Positions 18,670 through 29,640 of a stretch of DNA of 64,000 bases are shown here, piece after piece. Both the position numbers and the translations under genes were made by a program. The notes beneath the pieces were generated by a model. It was not told the DNA's origin. It saw nothing but the letters and a program-made list of their open reading frames with translations, and searched no databases. The stretch covers positions 3,234,015 through 3,298,014 of the forward strand of contig OY764868.1 in NCBI GenBank assembly GCA_963668545.1, in the 5' to 3' direction. This DNA is from Spirochaetia bacterium (GTDB lineage Bacteria; Spirochaetota; Spirochaetia; CADAEX01). Every line of letters begins with the position of its first letter. Position 1 is the stretch's first letter.

Positions 18670-21600
18670 ATGGAACAGGGTCTGTCCAGCAATCTGGCAT
18701 TCTGCCTTCAGCAGGATTCAAAGGGATTCATGTGGATAGGCACCCTTTCAGGGCTGAACAAATACAACGGAAACGAGGTTACAGTCTATTCCCCTGAAGT
18801 CAGTCAGGGGAGTATTACAAGTTCCCTGATATTCTCTGTCTATGAGGATTCAGAGAAAAGACTATGGATAGGGACTGACGGCGGGGGTCTTAACAGATAT
18901 ATACCGGAAACAGATAGTTTTATTTCATATACACATGATTCATTTGAACCTTTCAGCATAAGCAGCAACCAGGTTTATTCCATAATGGAAGACTCTGAAG
19001 GGACCCTCTGGATAGGAACAGACGGCGGGGGAATCAACAAGATGCTTGAAGAGGGTAAATTTCTCTCTTTCAGAAAATCCGGCCAGCCGGGAACAGGCCT
19101 TAAAAGCGATACAGTAAGGACACTCTATGAAGCTTCCTCAGGAATTATTCTTGCAGGAACAGAGAGGGGGGGATTAAGCGTAATAAGAAAGGGGGAAAGA
19201 GGCCGGATAATAATCAAGTCCTACACAAAAAATAAAAACAGCAGTTCCATCCCGTCCAACACTGTAAGATCAATTATTGAAGACTCTGAAAACAATATAT
19301 GGATAGGACTTCAGAACGGGGGTATTGCAAGGTTTGTTCCTGAAAAGGGAATATTCATCCCCCTGGTTATACCTTTCTTTGAAAATCAGGAATCAGTATC
19401 TGTCAGGGCCCTCTATGAAGATGGAAACAAAAACCTGTGGATAGGAACTGAAAAAGAGGGTATCTGTATTTACAGCCTCAGAAACAGGTACTGGAAGATT
19501 ATCAAAGCGGGAAATACAGACAGATTCACCCTCTCAAGCAATACTATCAGATCAATATATTCAGACAGAAATAATCTTATATGGATAGGAACAAGAGACG
19601 GGGGGGTAAATCTCTACAACCCTGAAGCCTCAAAATTCATGACACTCCAGGAAGAACCGCAGAAACAGGGGAATTCAGGGCGCCACCAGATAAGGGAAAT
19701 AATGGAAGACAGAAACAGGAATATCTGGTATGCCTCTGACGGCGGGGGTCTTTCCGTATACAGCAGACGAACAGGTGAAACAGTAAACTACAACCACGAA
19801 AACAGCGGGGGAAATCTTGGAAGCGACCAGTGCTATTCCCTTGCAGAGGATTCAGAAGGGATTATCTGGATAGGTACTGACGGCGGAGGGCTCTCATCCT
19901 ATGATCCCTCCTCAGGCAAATGGCTGAAGCGCTACATTTCCTCTGTCGGGAATACAATAGAAAGCAATACTGTCTGGGACATATATCACGACAGGGACGG
20001 GAATATGTGGATAGGGACAGAAGGGGGCGGTCTTTCCTTTTTCAACAGAAAGGAAAACATATTCACAACTTATAAATACGATCCCAAAGATATCAGCAGC
20101 CTCAACGGGAACTCTGTCAGGGATGTTATTGAAGACTCAAAAGGAAGAATATGGGTAGGTACATGGGACGGCGGGCTCAACCTTTTTGACAGGAAAACGG
20201 AAAAATTCACCCGTTTCATTTTTGACCCTGAATCAGATATAACAGTCAGCGACAACAGCGTCAACCTTATATTTGAGGACTCAGAGCAGAGAATATGGAT
20301 AGGGACAACAGGAGGGGGACTGAACCTCTTCAACGAAAGGGAAATGACCTTCACATCCTATGATTCAGAAGAGGGGCTTGCAGGAAGCAATGTACTGGGA
20401 ATAACGGAAGACAGGAACCGTAACCTGTGGATAACAACAAACAACGGGCTCAACATGCTTGAAACATCAACAGGAAGCATCTACACATTCAGCAGGGAAG
20501 ACGGTCTTTTAAGCAATGAGTTCACCCACAAGGCAGTATGTTCCTCTGCAGACGGGTATATATATGCGGGAGGAACAGGAGGTATAAATTTTTTCAACCC
20601 TGATGAAATAGAGACAGGTAAAAAACACCCTGAAATAGTCATGACAGAGCTAAGCATATTAAACCGGAAAATCGGGATAAACACTCTCATCAAGGGAAGG
20701 AGGATCCTGGAGAAATCAATAACAGAGACAGATAAAATTATACTGACACAGAACGACAAGCTGTTCACATTCCGCTACTCAATACTTGATTTCACCTCGC
20801 CGGGAAGAAACAGGTATTATACATTTCTTGAAGGGCATGACAGTGAATGGAAATTCAGGGGAAGTAAAAATTCTGTAACTTTTGATTCGCTCCCGCACGG
20901 CAACTATACACTCCATGTAAAGGGTAAAGACCATATAGGCAATGAAACAGCAAACATGCTCGAGATTGATATAAAAATTCTCCCGTATTTCTGGCAGACA
21001 CTGTATTTCAAAATCACAGCAGGCATTTCATTATCTGCAGCTGTTATAGCGTTAATCAGAAGAAGGACCATGGCACTTGAAAAACACAACAGGGAACTGA
21101 GAAAATTCTCCACACATATACTGGAAATAAGGGAAGAGGAAAGAAAAAAGGTGGCCAGGGAGGTGCATGATGAACTGGGGCAGCTTCTCACTGCTCTTAA
21201 AATTGATATTTTCAGATCAGAAGAAAATGACAAGCGTGAAAGCATGCTTTCCCTTGTCAACATGGCTCTTGAATCGGTAAAAAACCTCTCAACAAGGCTG
21301 AGGCCTAAAGCTCTTGATACCCTTTCATTTTCAGAAGCACTCCAGTGGCAGATTGTGGATTTTCAGAGAAGGACAGAGATAAAATGCTTTTCAGACATTG
21401 AAGAAACAGATACAGGCCCTGATCCGGAAACAGCTACTGTTATATTCAGGATATTCCAGGAAGCACTCACAAATATAATAAGACATTCAGGTGCTGACAG
21501 GGTTCAGATAATTTTCAGGAAAATTGACAACAACCTGTTTCTGAAAATAATGGACAACGGGAAAGGGATACCGGAAGATAAACTGCTGAGTACATCCTCA

Positions 21601-21777
21601 TTCGGAATAATTGGGATGAAGGAAAGAAGCAATATGCTTGGGGCAAAACTGAAGATCAGATCAGACATAAAAACACACGGGACAGATATAGAACTTTCTA
21701 TCCCGCTTGATAAAAAAGTCAAAAGGAAAAAAACATCTGTCAACAAAACATTATATGATACACTGGAAGACAGATGA
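18670..21777 (+). CDS. sensor histidine kinase with periplasmic two-component-regulator propeller repeats and Y_Y_Y domain (HisKA_3 + HATPase_c)
   Basis: About 12 WIGT..GGL propeller repeats, a TM segment, then HisKA_3 (HDELGQ) and an ATPase domain. 1035 aa. Confidence 0.85.
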   Translation: MEQGLSSNLAFCLQQDSKGFMWIGTLSGLNKYNGNEVTVYSPEVSQGSITSSLIFSVYEDSEKRLWIGTDGGGLNRYIPETDSFISYTHDSFEPFSISSNQVYSIMEDSEGTLWIGTDGGGINKMLEEGKFLSFRKSGQPGTGLKSDTVRTLYEASSGIILAGTERGGLSVIRKGERGRIIIKSYTKNKNSSSIPSNTVRSIIEDSENNIWIGLQNGGIARFVPEKGIFIPLVIPFFENQESVSVRALYEDGNKNLWIGTEKEGICIYSLRNRYWKIIKAGNTDRFTLSSNTIRSIYSDRNNLIWIGTRDGGVNLYNPEASKFMTLQEEPQKQGNSGRHQIREIMEDRNRNIWYASDGGGLSVYSRRTGETVNYNHENSGGNLGSDQCYSLAEDSEGIIWIGTDGGGLSSYDPSSGKWLKRYISSVGNTIESNTVWDIYHDRDGNMWIGTEGGGLSFFNRKENIFTTYKYDPKDISSLNGNSVRDVIEDSKGRIWVGTWDGGLNLFDRKTEKFTRFIFDPESDITVSDNSVNLIFEDSEQRIWIGTTGGGLNLFNEREMTFTSYDSEEGLAGSNVLGITEDRNRNLWITTNNGLNMLETSTGSIYTFSREDGLLSNEFTHKAVCSSADGYIYAGGTGGINFFNPDEIETGKKHPEIVMTELSILNRKIGINTLIKGRRILEKSITETDKIILTQNDKLFTFRYSILDFTSPGRNRYYTFLEGHDSEWKFRGSKNSVTFDSLPHGNYTLHVKGKDHIGNETANMLEIDIKILPYFWQTLYFKITAGISLSAAVIALIRRRTMALEKHNRELRKFSTHILEIREEERKKVAREVHDELGQLLTALKIDIFRSEENDKRESMLSLVNMALESVKNLSTRLRPKALDTLSFSEALQWQIVDFQRRTEIKCFSDIEETDTGPDPETATVIFRIFQEALTNIIRHSGADRVQIIFRKIDNNLFLKIMDNGKGIPEDKLLSTSSFGIIGMKERSNMLGAKLKIRSDIKTHGTDIELSIPLDKKVKRKKTSVNKTLYDTLEDR

Positions 21778-22418
21778 ATATACTTATAGCAGATGACCAT
21801 CCCCTGATCAGAAAGGGACTCATGCAGATACTGGCTGACAGCAGATATATAAGAAATGTATATGAAGCGGGAAACAGTACTGAAGTATTCAGGCAGCTTG
21901 AAAAGGAGAAAATTGATGTCCTTATCCTTGATATCTCAATGCCGGGAAAAGACGGTATCGAAATACTGAAGGATGTAAAGATACAGCATCCTGAAACAGC
22001 TGTTCTCATGCTGAGCATCCAGCCTGAAAACCAGTACGCAGTAAGGGCCTTTAAATACGGAGCATCGGGATGCCTTAACAAGGCATCTGCCCCCGAGGAG
22101 CTTCTCGAAGCCATCAAGAAGGTCCAGTCAGGCGGCAGGTACCTTAACGATGCAGTCAGTGAAATACTTCTCAATAATATAACAGATGAATCCGGCGGAG
22201 ACCTTCCTCACAGACAGCTTTCAGAAAGGGAATACCAGGTAATGCTTCAGCTTGCAAAAGGAAAAACCATAAGCGAGATATCTGAAAAGCTTAACCTCAG
22301 TATAAAAACTGTAAGCACCTACAGAACAAGACTCCTGGCTAAAATGAACCTTCACACAAACTCTGACCTGACCTACTATGCTATCAAGAACAACCTTATA
22401 AACAGCCTTCTTCAGTAA
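21774..22418 (+). CDS. NarL/LuxR-family response regulator
   Basis: REC domain plus a C-terminal LuxR HTH. The ATGA overlaps the kinase stop. Confidence 0.9.
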   Translation: MNILIADDHPLIRKGLMQILADSRYIRNVYEAGNSTEVFRQLEKEKIDVLILDISMPGKDGIEILKDVKIQHPETAVLMLSIQPENQYAVRAFKYGASGCLNKASAPEELLEAIKKVQSGGRYLNDAVSEILLNNITDESGGDLPHRQLSEREYQVMLQLAKGKTISEISEKLNLSIKTVSTYRTRLLAKMNLHTNSDLTYYAIKNNLINSLLQ

Positions 22419-22440
22419 ATAAGGCTGAATACAAAACAGT

Positions 22441-22470
22441 CCTGTAGGACTATTCCTACAGGGGAATTTT
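22441..22470 (+). terminator. terminator-like hairpin after response regulator
   Basis: CCTGTAGGactattCCTACAGG followed by GGAATTTT. Confidence 0.5.
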
Positions 22471-22529
22471 AAAAAAACCTACATACAACCGGAAAATTCC
22501 GTTTTACAATTATTATCAGGGTCAATAAC

Positions 22530-23582
22530 ATGAACAATCCTGAAGAATCACTTTTTATAAAAAATCCTGATGAAAGGACTCTCATTATAATAAAACAGCT
22601 GCTTGAAGAAAACAGTCTGACATATGAACCAGATATTGAAGAAACACTTCTTATAAATATTGAAGGGGAAGCGGCAGCAACAGGATCAATCTCCGGGAAT
22701 GTGCTTAAGTGCATAGCTGTCAACGATAAATTCAAAAACAGGAACCTTACAGGGAATCTCCTGACTCAGCTCATTTCAAGGGAATACCAGAAAGGAAATA
22801 CCGATCTCTTTCTTTTCACAAAACCGGGAAACAGGGAAATATTCAGGCAGCTGGGATTTTACCCTGTCCATGAAATCAGGGACAATGTTGTTCTTATGGA
22901 AAACAATCCCTCAGGGCTTACCGGGTATGTAGAGAGGCTGATAAGGGAAACTGAAGAAAAAAAGGCTGAAGGAAAAAGGATAGGCTGTATAGTCGTCAAC
23001 TGCAACCCTGTTACAAACGGGCACCTTTATCTTATAGAAAAAGCTTCATCAGAATCGGACATCCTCCACCTCTTTGTTGTAGAGGAAGACAGGTCTGTAT
23101 TCCCTTTTTCAGTAAGATACAATCTTGTCAGGGAAGCGACACAGCATATTAAAAACATTGTTCTTCACAGCGGTTCAAATTATATAATTTCCAATTCAAC
23201 CTTTCCCTCCTACTTCATTAAAGACACAAAAACAATTGTTGATCTCCATGCACGCCTTGATCTTGGTATATTTTCAGAAAAAATTGCACCTGCACTCGGT
23301 ATAAACAAAAGGTTTGCAGGGGATGAGCCTCTGTGCCCTGTAACATCCAACTACAACAGGTTCATGAGTGAAATACTTCCTTCAAAAGGAATTGAATTTG
23401 AAATAATAAAACGACTTGAGAATGAAGGAGAACCGGTAAGCGCTTCCCGTGTAAGAAATCTTCTTGTATCGGGAGATTATGAGGGCATAAAGAGGATAGT
23501 CCCTGAAGCAACATATAATTTTCTTGTTTCAGAAAAAGGAAACAGAATTAAAGAGATATTAGAACAGAGAAAGGGAAGATAA
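22530..23582 (+). CDS. citC: [citrate (pro-3S)-lyase] ligase CitC
   Basis: 350 aa with an N-terminal GNAT-like region and a C-terminal cytidylyltransferase-like region. Sits at the head of the citDEF cluster. Confidence 0.85.
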   Translation: MNNPEESLFIKNPDERTLIIIKQLLEENSLTYEPDIEETLLINIEGEAAATGSISGNVLKCIAVNDKFKNRNLTGNLLTQLISREYQKGNTDLFLFTKPGNREIFRQLGFYPVHEIRDNVVLMENNPSGLTGYVERLIRETEEKKAEGKRIGCIVVNCNPVTNGHLYLIEKASSESDILHLFVVEEDRSVFPFSVRYNLVREATQHIKNIVLHSGSNYIISNSTFPSYFIKDTKTIVDLHARLDLGIFSEKIAPALGINKRFAGDEPLCPVTSNYNRFMSEILPSKGIEFEIIKRLENEGEPVSASRVRNLLVSGDYEGIKRIVPEATYNFLVSEKGNRIKEILEQRKGR

Positions 23583-23875
23583 TGAAGATTGTAAAAACAG
23601 GGATGGCAGGAACACTTGAATCAAGCGATGTGATGATTACTGTCAGAGACAATAACGGAAAGGGGATTGAAATACACCTCCAGAGTATTGTTGAAAAACA
23701 GTTCGGAAACCAGATAAGAAAAGTTGTTCAGAATTTTCTTGAAAGGTTTTCAGTTGAAGAGGGGCTGATTCAAATCAATGACAGGGGAGCTCTCGACTGC
23801 ACAATTGAAGCACGTCTGGCCGCAGCAGTCTACAGGGCAGCGGGGAAATCAGATTATGACTGGGAGAATTTATAA
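23582..23875 (+). CDS. citD: citrate lyase acyl carrier protein (gamma subunit) CitD
   Basis: 97 aa, MKIVKTGMAGTLESSDVMI N-terminus typical of CitD; translationally coupled. Confidence 0.85.
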   Translation: MKIVKTGMAGTLESSDVMITVRDNNGKGIEIHLQSIVEKQFGNQIRKVVQNFLERFSVEEGLIQINDRGALDCTIEARLAAAVYRAAGKSDYDWENL

Positions 23876-24777
23876 TGGCTAAACTCAGAAGAACCATGCT
23901 CTATGTTCCCGGAAATAATGCGGGAATGATAAAGGATGCCCACATCTACAGATCAGATTCAGTAATGTTCGACCTTGAGGATGCAGTATCTGTGAATGAA
24001 AAAGATACTGCAAGATTTCTTGTTTTCAAGGCACTCAAGACACTGGACTATGAAGGAATTGAAACTGTTGTCAGGATTAATTCCATAGAAAGCGGTTTCG
24101 GAGAAGAGGATGTAAAAGCGATTGTAAGGGCTAAGCCGGATGTTATCAGGCTGCCGAAGACAGAGACAGCAGATGATATTCACGAAATAGAATCACTTAT
24201 TGAAAGGGAAGAAAAAAACTGCGGTTATGAAACCGGTACTGTTGCCCTTATGGCAGCTATTGAATCACCTCTGGGGGTCCTCAATGCCTATTCTATAGCG
24301 ACAGCAAGCAAAAGGCTGATCGGAATTGCCCTTGGAGCAGAGGACTATGTTACATGCCTCAAGACAACAAGATCTCCCGGAGGTACAGAACTTCTCTTTG
24401 CAAGAAGCCAGATCCTCAATGCTGCAAGAGCAGCAGGGATATATGCCCTTGATACTGTTTATTCAGACCTCAACAATGAAGAGGGTTTTATAAATGAAAT
24501 CAAGCACATCAAACAGCTCGGATTTGACGGGAAATCCATTATAACACCAAGACAGATTGAACCTGTCCACAGGATATTTGCCCCTACCGAAAAGGAGATT
24601 GAATACGCCAGAAAGACTATTGAGGGAATCAGGGAAGCTGAAAAGAAGAAGTCAGGTGTTATATCTGTTGACGGCAAAATGGTTGACAAACCATTTGTAG
24701 AACGGGCTGAAAGGATTCTGGAACTTGCAAAAGCTTCAGGCGTTCTCAAGGATGAAAAGGAAGGGGAAAATGACTGA
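23875..24777 (+). CDS. citE: citrate lyase beta subunit (citryl-CoA lyase) CitE
   Basis: HpcH/HpaI aldolase-like fold; 300 aa; coupled to citD and citF. Confidence 0.9.
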   Translation: MAKLRRTMLYVPGNNAGMIKDAHIYRSDSVMFDLEDAVSVNEKDTARFLVFKALKTLDYEGIETVVRINSIESGFGEEDVKAIVRAKPDVIRLPKTETADDIHEIESLIEREEKNCGYETGTVALMAAIESPLGVLNAYSIATASKRLIGIALGAEDYVTCLKTTRSPGGTELLFARSQILNAARAAGIYALDTVYSDLNNEEGFINEIKHIKQLGFDGKSIITPRQIEPVHRIFAPTEKEIEYARKTIEGIREAEKKKSGVISVDGKMVDKPFVERAERILELAKASGVLKDEKEGEND

Positions 24778-26308
24778 AAATGAACTGGGCAGGATGATCC
24801 CCAAGAAAATAGATCACATAGGAAAGCTTCTCCCGTTTGAAGGGGCATATTCCCACACCCCTCTGGTAAAAAAGGAGAAAGGGAACAGGGAACTTCCGAA
24901 ACTGAATAAACTCATAAATTCAATAGAAGAGGTTATTGTAAAAACAGGACTTAAGGACGGAATGACAATATCATTTCACCACCATTTCAGAAACGGAGAC
25001 AAGATTCTTCCCATGGTCATGAATGTGATATCTGAAATGGGGATAAAAGACCTTACAATAGCAGCAAGCTCACTAACATCTGCACACTCAGGTCTTGTTG
25101 AACATATTAAAAAGGGAACTGTAAAGCGGCTGATAACTTCAGGTATAAGGGGAAGGCTTGCAGAGGAAATATCAAACGGCCTTATGGATATACCTGTCCT
25201 TATCCACTCACACGGAGGAAGGGCAAGGGGAATAGAAACAGGCCAGATTAAAATTGATGTGGCTTTTCTGGGTGTTCCTTCATGCGATGTTTACGGAAAT
25301 GCAAACGGGTATACAGGAAAATCAGCCTGCGGATCTCTCGGATATGCCAGGGTGGATGCGGCCTATGCCGAAAAGGTTGTTCTTATTACTGATAATATTG
25401 TTGAATACCCGAACACTCCATTCAGCATACACCAGGACCAGGTTGATGCAATTGTTGTAGTGGATGAAGTTGGAGACCCCGAAGGGATTTCAACCGATGC
25501 AGTCAGAATTACAAAGAACCCCAGAGACCTTCTCCTTGCAGAGCTTGTTTCTGAAGTTGTAATCAACTCGGGATATTTTGAACCCGGATTCTCCATCCAG
25601 ACCGGGTCAGGGGGGGCTTCTGTAGCCACCACCCGTTTCCTTAGGCAGCACATGGAAAACAGGGATATAAAGGCAAGCTGGGCACTGGGAGGGATTTCAG
25701 GCCCGATGGTAAAACTGCATGAGGACGGCTTTATCAACAGGCTTCTTGATGTCCAGAGTTTTGATACTGAAGCTATAAGATCGATTGGAGCAAACAGATA
25801 TCATTCTGAAATAGATGCATCATATTATGCCAACCCGCTGAACAAGGGATGCGCTGTTAATAAACTTAACGTTGTAATACTAAGCGCCCTTGAGATTGAT
25901 ACAAACTTCAATGTCAATGTAATAACAGGATCTGATGGTGTTATCAGAGGAGCTTCCGGAGGGCATTCCGATACTGCTATCGGGTCAGGTCTTTCCATAA
26001 TAGTAGCACCCCTGATAAGGGGAAGGACCTCAACTGTAATTGATTCTGTACAGACTGTAATCACACCGGGATCCACAGTAGATGTACTTGTTACAGACAG
26101 GGGAATAGCAGTAAACCCGAGGCGCGAGGAAATAAAGGCAAGATTCATGAAAGCGGGACTTCCTGTCTATTCAATTACAGATCTCAAGGAAAAGGCTGAA
26201 AAAATTGTAGGTAAACCGGATCCCATAAAATTCAGGAAAAAAATTGTGGGGCTGGTTGAATACAGGGACGGAACAATAATTGATGTAATAAGGCAGGTTG
26301 AAAACTGA
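24770..26308 (+). CDS. citF: citrate lyase alpha subunit (citrate CoA-transferase) CitF
   Basis: About 510 aa with CitF-family blocks. The ATGACTGA overlap with the citE stop puts the start at 24770 rather than 24725. Confidence 0.9.
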   Translation: MTENELGRMIPKKIDHIGKLLPFEGAYSHTPLVKKEKGNRELPKLNKLINSIEEVIVKTGLKDGMTISFHHHFRNGDKILPMVMNVISEMGIKDLTIAASSLTSAHSGLVEHIKKGTVKRLITSGIRGRLAEEISNGLMDIPVLIHSHGGRARGIETGQIKIDVAFLGVPSCDVYGNANGYTGKSACGSLGYARVDAAYAEKVVLITDNIVEYPNTPFSIHQDQVDAIVVVDEVGDPEGISTDAVRITKNPRDLLLAELVSEVVINSGYFEPGFSIQTGSGGASVATTRFLRQHMENRDIKASWALGGISGPMVKLHEDGFINRLLDVQSFDTEAIRSIGANRYHSEIDASYYANPLNKGCAVNKLNVVILSALEIDTNFNVNVITGSDGVIRGASGGHSDTAIGSGLSIIVAPLIRGRTSTVIDSVQTVITPGSTVDVLVTDRGIAVNPRREEIKARFMKAGLPVYSITDLKEKAEKIVGKPDPIKFRKKIVGLVEYRDGTIIDVIRQVEN

Positions 26309-26324
26309 TCTGTTTTTAATAAAG

Positions 26325-26356
26325 GTTTCCTGCACTGCGCCAACAGTGCAGGAAAC
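26325..26356. terminator. 13-bp perfect-stem hairpin after citF
   Basis: GTTTCCTGCACTGcgccaaCAGTGCAGGAAAC. No clean T-run on the plus strand, so it may act as an attenuator or RNA-processing site. Confidence 0.4.
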
Positions 26357-26442
26357 AGAGAAACAGCCATTACAAATGGACTGTTTTCCCAAAGTATCTA
26401 TTTCTGATTATTCAGAAAAAAAATAAAGGAGTAAAGATCAAA

Positions 26443-27447
26443 ATGAGAAAAATCACTGCAATCATTACAATCATGCTGATTATTTCAGCATCTGCAGTTT
26501 TCGCCGGCGGATCCGGTGAAAAAGGTGAAGGCAAAGTTGTTTATCCCAAAGGCAACTTTGATTTTGTAGCGCCCAGTGGAGCAGGCGGCGGATGGGACCT
26601 TACAATCAGGACAACTGCAAAAGTCCTTAAAGACACAAAACTTGTAAAGGTACCAATGCCTGTAAGAAACAACCCGGGAGCAGGCGGATCTGTTCACCTT
26701 GCAAGTCTCCAGGAAATGAAAGGGACAGACAAGACAATCACAGTTTATTCACCACCTCTTATCCTTACAAACCTCTCAGGGACAACAAAATTAAGCTACA
26801 AGGATGTAACACCCCTTGCAAGGCTTATTGCAGACTATGCCGTATATGTTGTAAAGGCTGACTCACCATACAAAACAATGTCTGATGTTATGGATGCTCT
26901 CAAAAAAGATATAAAGAGCGTTAAAATCGGTGGTGCTTCCTCTGCAGGATCAATGGACCATATTCAGTTCCTTATCATGGCAAAAGCTTCAGGAATCAAA
27001 AATCTCAAAGAGGTTGATTATGTAAGTTTTGATGATTCAGGTGCTGCACAGGTTCTCGGAGGACATATCGACCTCTTTTCAACAGGGCTTTCAGAGGTCC
27101 TCGGACTTATCGAATCAGGAGACCTCAGGGCACTTGCACAGTCAGCTGACCACAGAGTTGGAGAAGGCATTGTAGGAGAAATCCAGACATGCAAGGAACA
27201 GGGAATCAATGCGACATTCGTAAACTGGAGAGGTATTTTCGGACCACCTGAAATGCCTGAGTATGCTGTTTCATACTGGAGAGATGTCTTTGCAAAAATG
27301 GTTAAAACAGATGAATGGGCAGCAGCAAGAAAGACAAACGGATGGGACGATGCCTATCTTGACGGACCCGACTTCGGAAAATTCCTCGAAGAAGTTAACG
27401 AAGATTACAAGGGTATTCTTTCCGATATAGGAATGCTTAAACAATAA
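26443..27447 (+). CDS. tctC: tripartite tricarboxylate transporter substrate-binding protein TctC
   Basis: Signal peptide; Bug/TctC family; 334 aa. Confidence 0.85.
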   Translation: MRKITAIITIMLIISASAVFAGGSGEKGEGKVVYPKGNFDFVAPSGAGGGWDLTIRTTAKVLKDTKLVKVPMPVRNNPGAGGSVHLASLQEMKGTDKTITVYSPPLILTNLSGTTKLSYKDVTPLARLIADYAVYVVKADSPYKTMSDVMDALKKDIKSVKIGGASSAGSMDHIQFLIMAKASGIKNLKEVDYVSFDDSGAAQVLGGHIDLFSTGLSEVLGLIESGDLRALAQSADHRVGEGIVGEIQTCKEQGINATFVNWRGIFGPPEMPEYAVSYWRDVFAKMVKTDEWAAARKTNGWDDAYLDGPDFGKFLEEVNEDYKGILSDIGMLKQ

Positions 27448-27460
27448 ATAAATAAAGATT

Positions 27461-27490
27461 GCCCCGGGTGTTGTTTCCGGGGCAGTTTTA
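27461..27490 (+). terminator. intra-operon attenuator/terminator after tctC
   Basis: GCCCCGGgtgttgtttCCGGGGC followed by AGTTTTA. Confidence 0.55.
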
Positions 27491-27493
27491 TAA

Positions 27494-27982
27494 ATGGAGA
27501 ATAACGTGAGTATATCACTTCTTACAGGGTTAGTAACTTTTATTTTAGGAATGAGCTACACACTGGCAGCAGTACACCTGCCTGCCGCATCAGTCGGAAG
27601 AGCAAATGAACCGAAGATTTTTCCCCTTGCTCTCGGAGCACTGATGATTATCCTGAGCATTTCCCTTATAGGACAGGAACTTGTTAAAAAGGGGCAAAAA
27701 GAAAAATCAACCGGTGACAATGCTGTTTTTAAATTCGACACTAATTTAAAGAATATTTCTTTAACTGTCTTAAACGCGCTTGTTTATTCTTTTCTCTTTG
27801 CAAAAGCTGGCTATGTAATTTCAACATTCCTTTTTACAGGACTCGAACTTGTGCTTTTCAGCGGAATCAAAAAATGGAAATCCTGCGCTGTAATTGCTCT
27901 CTCATTCAGTCTTGTAATATATATTCTATTCAACAAACTGCTGGGAGTATATCTGCCGGCAACTCCGTTCATCTGGATTTAG
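27494..27982 (+). CDS. tctB: tripartite tricarboxylate transporter small membrane subunit TctB
   Basis: 162 aa, 4 TM, between tctC and tctA. Confidence 0.6.
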   Translation: MENNVSISLLTGLVTFILGMSYTLAAVHLPAASVGRANEPKIFPLALGALMIILSISLIGQELVKKGQKEKSTGDNAVFKFDTNLKNISLTVLNALVYSFLFAKAGYVISTFLFTGLELVLFSGIKKWKSCAVIALSFSLVIYILFNKLLGVYLPATPFIWI

Positions 27983-27991
27983 GAGGTAATT

Positions 27992-29497
27992 GTGGAAAGT
28001 TTGTCACTTCTTTTACACGGTTTTACTGTAGCGCTTGAGCCGATGAACATCATGTGGGTTACGATCGGCGGTGTGCTGGGAACAGTAATAGGGATGCTTC
28101 CCGGACTCGGACCTGCAACAGGAGTTGCAGTATTATTACCACTGACATTTACAATGGGGCCGGTTGCCGCTCTCATCACAATGGGAGGGGTCTACTACGG
28201 GGCAATGTTCGGAGGATCCCGTGCATCCATTCTTATAAACACTCCCGGCGACGGGGCAGCTGTTGCAGCAACATTTGACGGATACCCCATGACACTGAAG
28301 GGTAAAGCGGAAGCTGCCCTTGCAATATCTGCAATAGCCTCTTTTATAGGCGGTGTACTGGCAACTGTAATAATGGTTTTTATTTCTGTTCCGGTTGCAA
28401 GATTTGCAATCAAGTTCGGCCCGGCAGAATACTTCCAGCTCTTTGTTTTCGCACTTGCAGCAACAGCTTCAATGACAGAGGGCAACAGGATAAAGGGTTT
28501 TATATCAATGACCCTGGGCCTGATGATAGCTACAATAGGGATAGACGGCCAGTCCGGGGTAAAAAGATTCACACTCGGAATACTTGAGCTTGAATCAGGG
28601 ATTGATTTCCTTATAGTAATTATTGCTGTCTATGCTCTTGGAGAGGTTTTCAAGAGTTTTAAAAACATTGCAGAGGGCAAAAAAAAGGTGCAGAAGGATT
28701 TCGGAAGGATCTGGATTTCCATGAAGGAATGGAAAAGATCTGTATGGCCTATCCTGAGGAGCTCTCCCCTGGGATTCTTTATAGGGGCCCTCCCCGGAGC
28801 AGGTGGTACCATGGCAGCCCTCATGGCATACAATAATGAAAAACAGATGTCAAAGCACCCTGAAGAGTTCGGTGAAGGGGCCATAGAAGGGGTTGCAGCG
28901 CCTGAAGCGGCAAACAATGCCGCATCTGTAGGTGCAATGATACCTATGCTTACACTCGGAATTCCCGGATCAGGTACTACAGCAGTAATGATGGGGGCAC
29001 TCCTCATGCTGGGTCTCCAGCCCGGGCCTCTCCTTTTCCAGCAGCAGTCAACAATAATATGGGGACTTATCGCCAGTATGTTTATAGGTAACATTATACT
29101 TGCTGTTGTAAATATCCCCCTTGCAGGTGCCCTTGTAAGGGTCCTGTCTGTACCTCCGAGGATACTCTACCCGATAGTTCTGGGGCTCTCATTTGTAGGT
29201 GCTTTCGCAATCAGCTACAGCGTTATGGATTTCTACCTCCTTATTCTTTTCGGAGTTATGGGATTTGTAATGGGCAAGGTTAATATTCCGGCTACACCAA
29301 TGATTCTTGCAGTTATTGTCGGAAACAATATGGAACAGTCTTTCAGGCGCGCCTACAAGATTGCTGACGGGGACCTGGGAATATTTTTCAGATCTCCCAT
29401 ATCACTGGTTCTTTTCATCCTTACAATAGTCTCAATACTGTATCCGTTTATTAAAGCGGCTGTTGTTAAAGGCAAAGCAAAAAAAACAGCTTCCTGA
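27992..29497 (+). CDS. tctA: tripartite tricarboxylate transporter large permease TctA
   Basis: 501 aa, about 12 TM, TctA-family motifs. GTG start with a GGAGG RBS. Confidence 0.85.
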   Translation: MESLSLLLHGFTVALEPMNIMWVTIGGVLGTVIGMLPGLGPATGVAVLLPLTFTMGPVAALITMGGVYYGAMFGGSRASILINTPGDGAAVAATFDGYPMTLKGKAEAALAISAIASFIGGVLATVIMVFISVPVARFAIKFGPAEYFQLFVFALAATASMTEGNRIKGFISMTLGLMIATIGIDGQSGVKRFTLGILELESGIDFLIVIIAVYALGEVFKSFKNIAEGKKKVQKDFGRIWISMKEWKRSVWPILRSSPLGFFIGALPGAGGTMAALMAYNNEKQMSKHPEEFGEGAIEGVAAPEAANNAASVGAMIPMLTLGIPGSGTTAVMMGALLMLGLQPGPLLFQQQSTIIWGLIASMFIGNIILAVVNIPLAGALVRVLSVPPRILYPIVLGLSFVGAFAISYSVMDFYLLILFGVMGFVMGKVNIPATPMILAVIVGNNMEQSFRRAYKIADGDLGIFFRSPISLVLFILTIVSILYPFIKAAVVKGKAKKTAS

Positions 29498-29534
29498 TTA
29501 AATAATGTGCATCAGACTTGTCAGGATTAACAAT

Positions 29535-29564
29535 TAAGGGGATTTAACAATCCCCTTTTTATTT
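29535..29564 (+). terminator. Rho-independent terminator after tctA
   Basis: AAGGGGATTtaacAATCCCCTT followed by TTTATTT. Confidence 0.7.
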
Positions 29565-29640
29565 GCATCAAAAGAATTTCATCTGGTATTATAATTTACA
29601 ATGCAGCTTTATTATTACTGAATAGAAAAAGGGAGCAGGA